Below, one piece after another: positions 62,038 to 64,000 of a DNA stretch of 64,000 bases. Position 1 is the stretch's first letter. Every line of letters starts with the position of its first letter. A model generated the notes under the pieces. The model searched no databases and was not told the DNA's origin. It saw only the letters and a list, made by a program, of their open reading frames with translations. The stretch lies in NCBI RefSeq assembly GCF_001447785.1, contig NW_015173679.1:900205-964204 (forward strand), written 5' to 3'. This stretch comes from Gekko japonicus. Taxonomy: Eukaryota. A program made the translations under genes and the position numbers.

Positions 62038-63205
62038 GAGAGAGATTAGACTGAATATCAAAGCCTGTCAGAGTGGAGTATTGGAGTCTGAGACACTGTT
62101 TGTGACACCAAGTTTTTGCCAGTTATATTTGCAAGTTGCTTTCTTCAGCAACAGTTCAGAATAACCAGAAACCTATTTTGTTCTTTATTAAATAAATCCT
62201 TTTTTGTTTAAACTTATCCCAGCAATCTAAACCACTCTAATGGCAGAAAGTGAAGAGGGGCTAAAGAGCCTCTTGCTCAGGGTAAAAGAGGAGAGAGCAA
62301 AAGTGGGCTTGAAGCTCAACATTAAAAAAACTAAGATCATGGCATCACTCCTTGGCAAATAGAAGGGGAAGTCGTGGAAGTAGTGACAGACTTTTGCCAT
62401 CACTCTTTGGCAAATAGAAGGGGAAGTCGTGGAAGTAGTGAAAGACTTCACGTTCCTGGGATCCCAGATCACCGCAGACTGTGACAGCAGCCATGAAATT
62501 AAAAGATGCCTGCTCCTTGGGAGGAAAGCGATGGTGAACCTAAACAGCATGATAAAAAGTAGAGACATCACCCTGCCAACAAAAGTTTGCATGGTCAAAG
62601 CAATGGTATTCCCAGTAGTCATGTATGGCTGCGAGAGTTGGACTATAAGGAAGGCCAAGCGCCGAAGAATAGATTCTTTTGAACTATGGTGCTGGAGAAG
62701 ACTCTTGAGAGTCCCTTGGACTGCAAGAAGATCAAATCAGTCAATCCTAAAAGAAATCAACCCTGACTGTTCCCTGGAAGGCCAGATAATGAAACTGAAG
62801 CTCAAATACTTTGGCCACCAAATGAGAAGGGAGCACTCACTGGAGAAGACCCTGATGCTGGGAAAGATTGAAGGTCAAAGAAGACGGGGACAGCAAAGGA
62901 TGAGATGGTTAGACAGTGTCATAGATGCAACGAACATGAAATTGAGCCAACTTCAGAGGATGGCGGAAGACAGGAAGGCCTGGCGTGATCTGGTCCATGG
63001 GGTCGCAAAGAGTCGGACTCAACTGTGCGACTGAACAACAACAGTCCCAGCAATCAGGGACATAGTGTCCAGACCCTGGGTCATTCTACCAAAAGAGAGA
63101 GACTTGCAATTTTTAATCCTGGTGGCAGCAGAAATCTACCAAGTTTATGTACACAGAGAGTGTTTTAAAGGTAAAACCGTCTCCCCAATAAGCGAGGACG
63201 CCACA
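61636..63205 (+). mobile_element. Probable solo LTR (Gypsy- or ERV-type) interrupted by BovB
   Basis: TGTGTGGGCCTC...GAGGACGCCACA termini, flanks TAGT/TAGG, AATAAA at 62191. Confidence 0.55.
62228..63044 (+). mobile_element. BovB (RTE) LINE, 5'-truncated and young
   Basis: Intact C-terminal ORF (FLGSQITAD.DSSHEIKR.LLLGRKAM..VMYGCESWT..FELWCWRRLLRVPWTARRSNQSIL); (CAA)n tail; exact 11-bp TSD TCCCAGCAATC. Confidence 0.95.
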
Positions 63206-63589
63206 TAGGCATTACTCACACAGACATCAAGTATGCATGTGTCCTTTGATCACTGGACCACACCATAATTTTTTTTTAACCTAATACTGAAAAAAGGCCC
63301 CTTTTCTGGCTATCATCTGCCTAATTTTAGAAAGTAGGGCTATGCAGAGAAGGACCTCAAAGGATGACCTTAATTTATGGGTAAATTCATATGGAAAATA
63401 AAAATAAATAAAATATGCAGGGAAAGTCTGGGGAACAGACTCAATCCAGTATGACCAAAGCGCAACAGCTATTGTGTGGTATGTCTTGATCCAATCAAGG
63501 TACTCAGCTGTATTCTAGTTAAAGACTGCCTTTATTCCATTTATATACAGGATTCCGTCGCAGCCAGTTTTTGTTGGAAAAAGGTAAAA

Positions 63590-63930
63590 GTCGGATCTAC
63601 ATGGATCCTCATGAATTCATATGATTTTTACATTGAAACGAAATAAAACTACCATCATATTGTAGGCCATGTGTTAATCTATAGGGGGCAGAACAAAAAT
63701 CACGCATCCACAGATTCGTGGCACCACAACAGCGCAAACACATGATTCCAAAGGACGGATCCTCATAAATTCATATGATTTTTATGCTGAAACAAAATAA
63801 AACCACCATCATACTGCAGAACAATGTCTTAGACTATAGGCAGCACTCCAAAAATCATGTCCCCACGAATTCGTGGCACCACAAAACTGCAAAAACATGG
63901 TTCCAAAGTACGGATCCTCATGGATCCTCA
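63590..63930. repeat. Diverged tandem repeat with a 154-155 bp unit
   Basis: GGATCCTCAT recurs at 63603, 63757 and 63912; ATTCGTGGCACCACAA is in each full unit. Confidence 0.85.
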
Positions 63931-64000
63931 GGGTTTTTCAATTGGGTCACTCCAAACACACGATCAAATCACATAACACGTCCACGTCCACAGCTTGCAC

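Noticed and set aside
63590-63930. CRISPR-like array
   Set aside because: Vertebrate DNA; whole units are homologous, with no unique spacers and no cas genes.

Overview
Eukaryotic (squamate reptile, most likely gecko) genomic DNA, not prokaryotic. The taxon call rests on Sauria SINEs, Squam3-like SINEs, 5S-headed SINEs, BovB, young CR1 and L2. I could not recognise any host protein-coding exon, so the window looks intergenic or intronic. It is a dense transposable-element mosaic: a Penelope-like (RT/GIY-YIG) element plus Penelope termini carrying hammerhead-ribozyme motifs; many CR1, L2, RTE/BovB and RTE-X LINE fragments; a 5'-intact but 3'-truncated L1 (ORF1+ORF2) and a second decayed L1; several solo LTRs with TG..CA ends and 4-bp TSDs; several non-autonomous hAT families with 8-bp TSDs; palindromic MITEs; and three N gaps. 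The most notable item is a class I (gamma/epsilon-like) endogenous retrovirus gag on the minus strand (about 34964-39637). It is split by at least five nested retroposon insertions, and once reassembled by eye it has an unusually long (about 590 aa) pre-capsid region. Other notable items are hammerhead motifs, a palindrome carrying a divergent pair of CTCF motifs, and a hAT MITE that carries a Penelope-like terminus and an octamer-motif array. Family names come from motif recognition, not database searches, and boundaries without a stated TSD are approximate.
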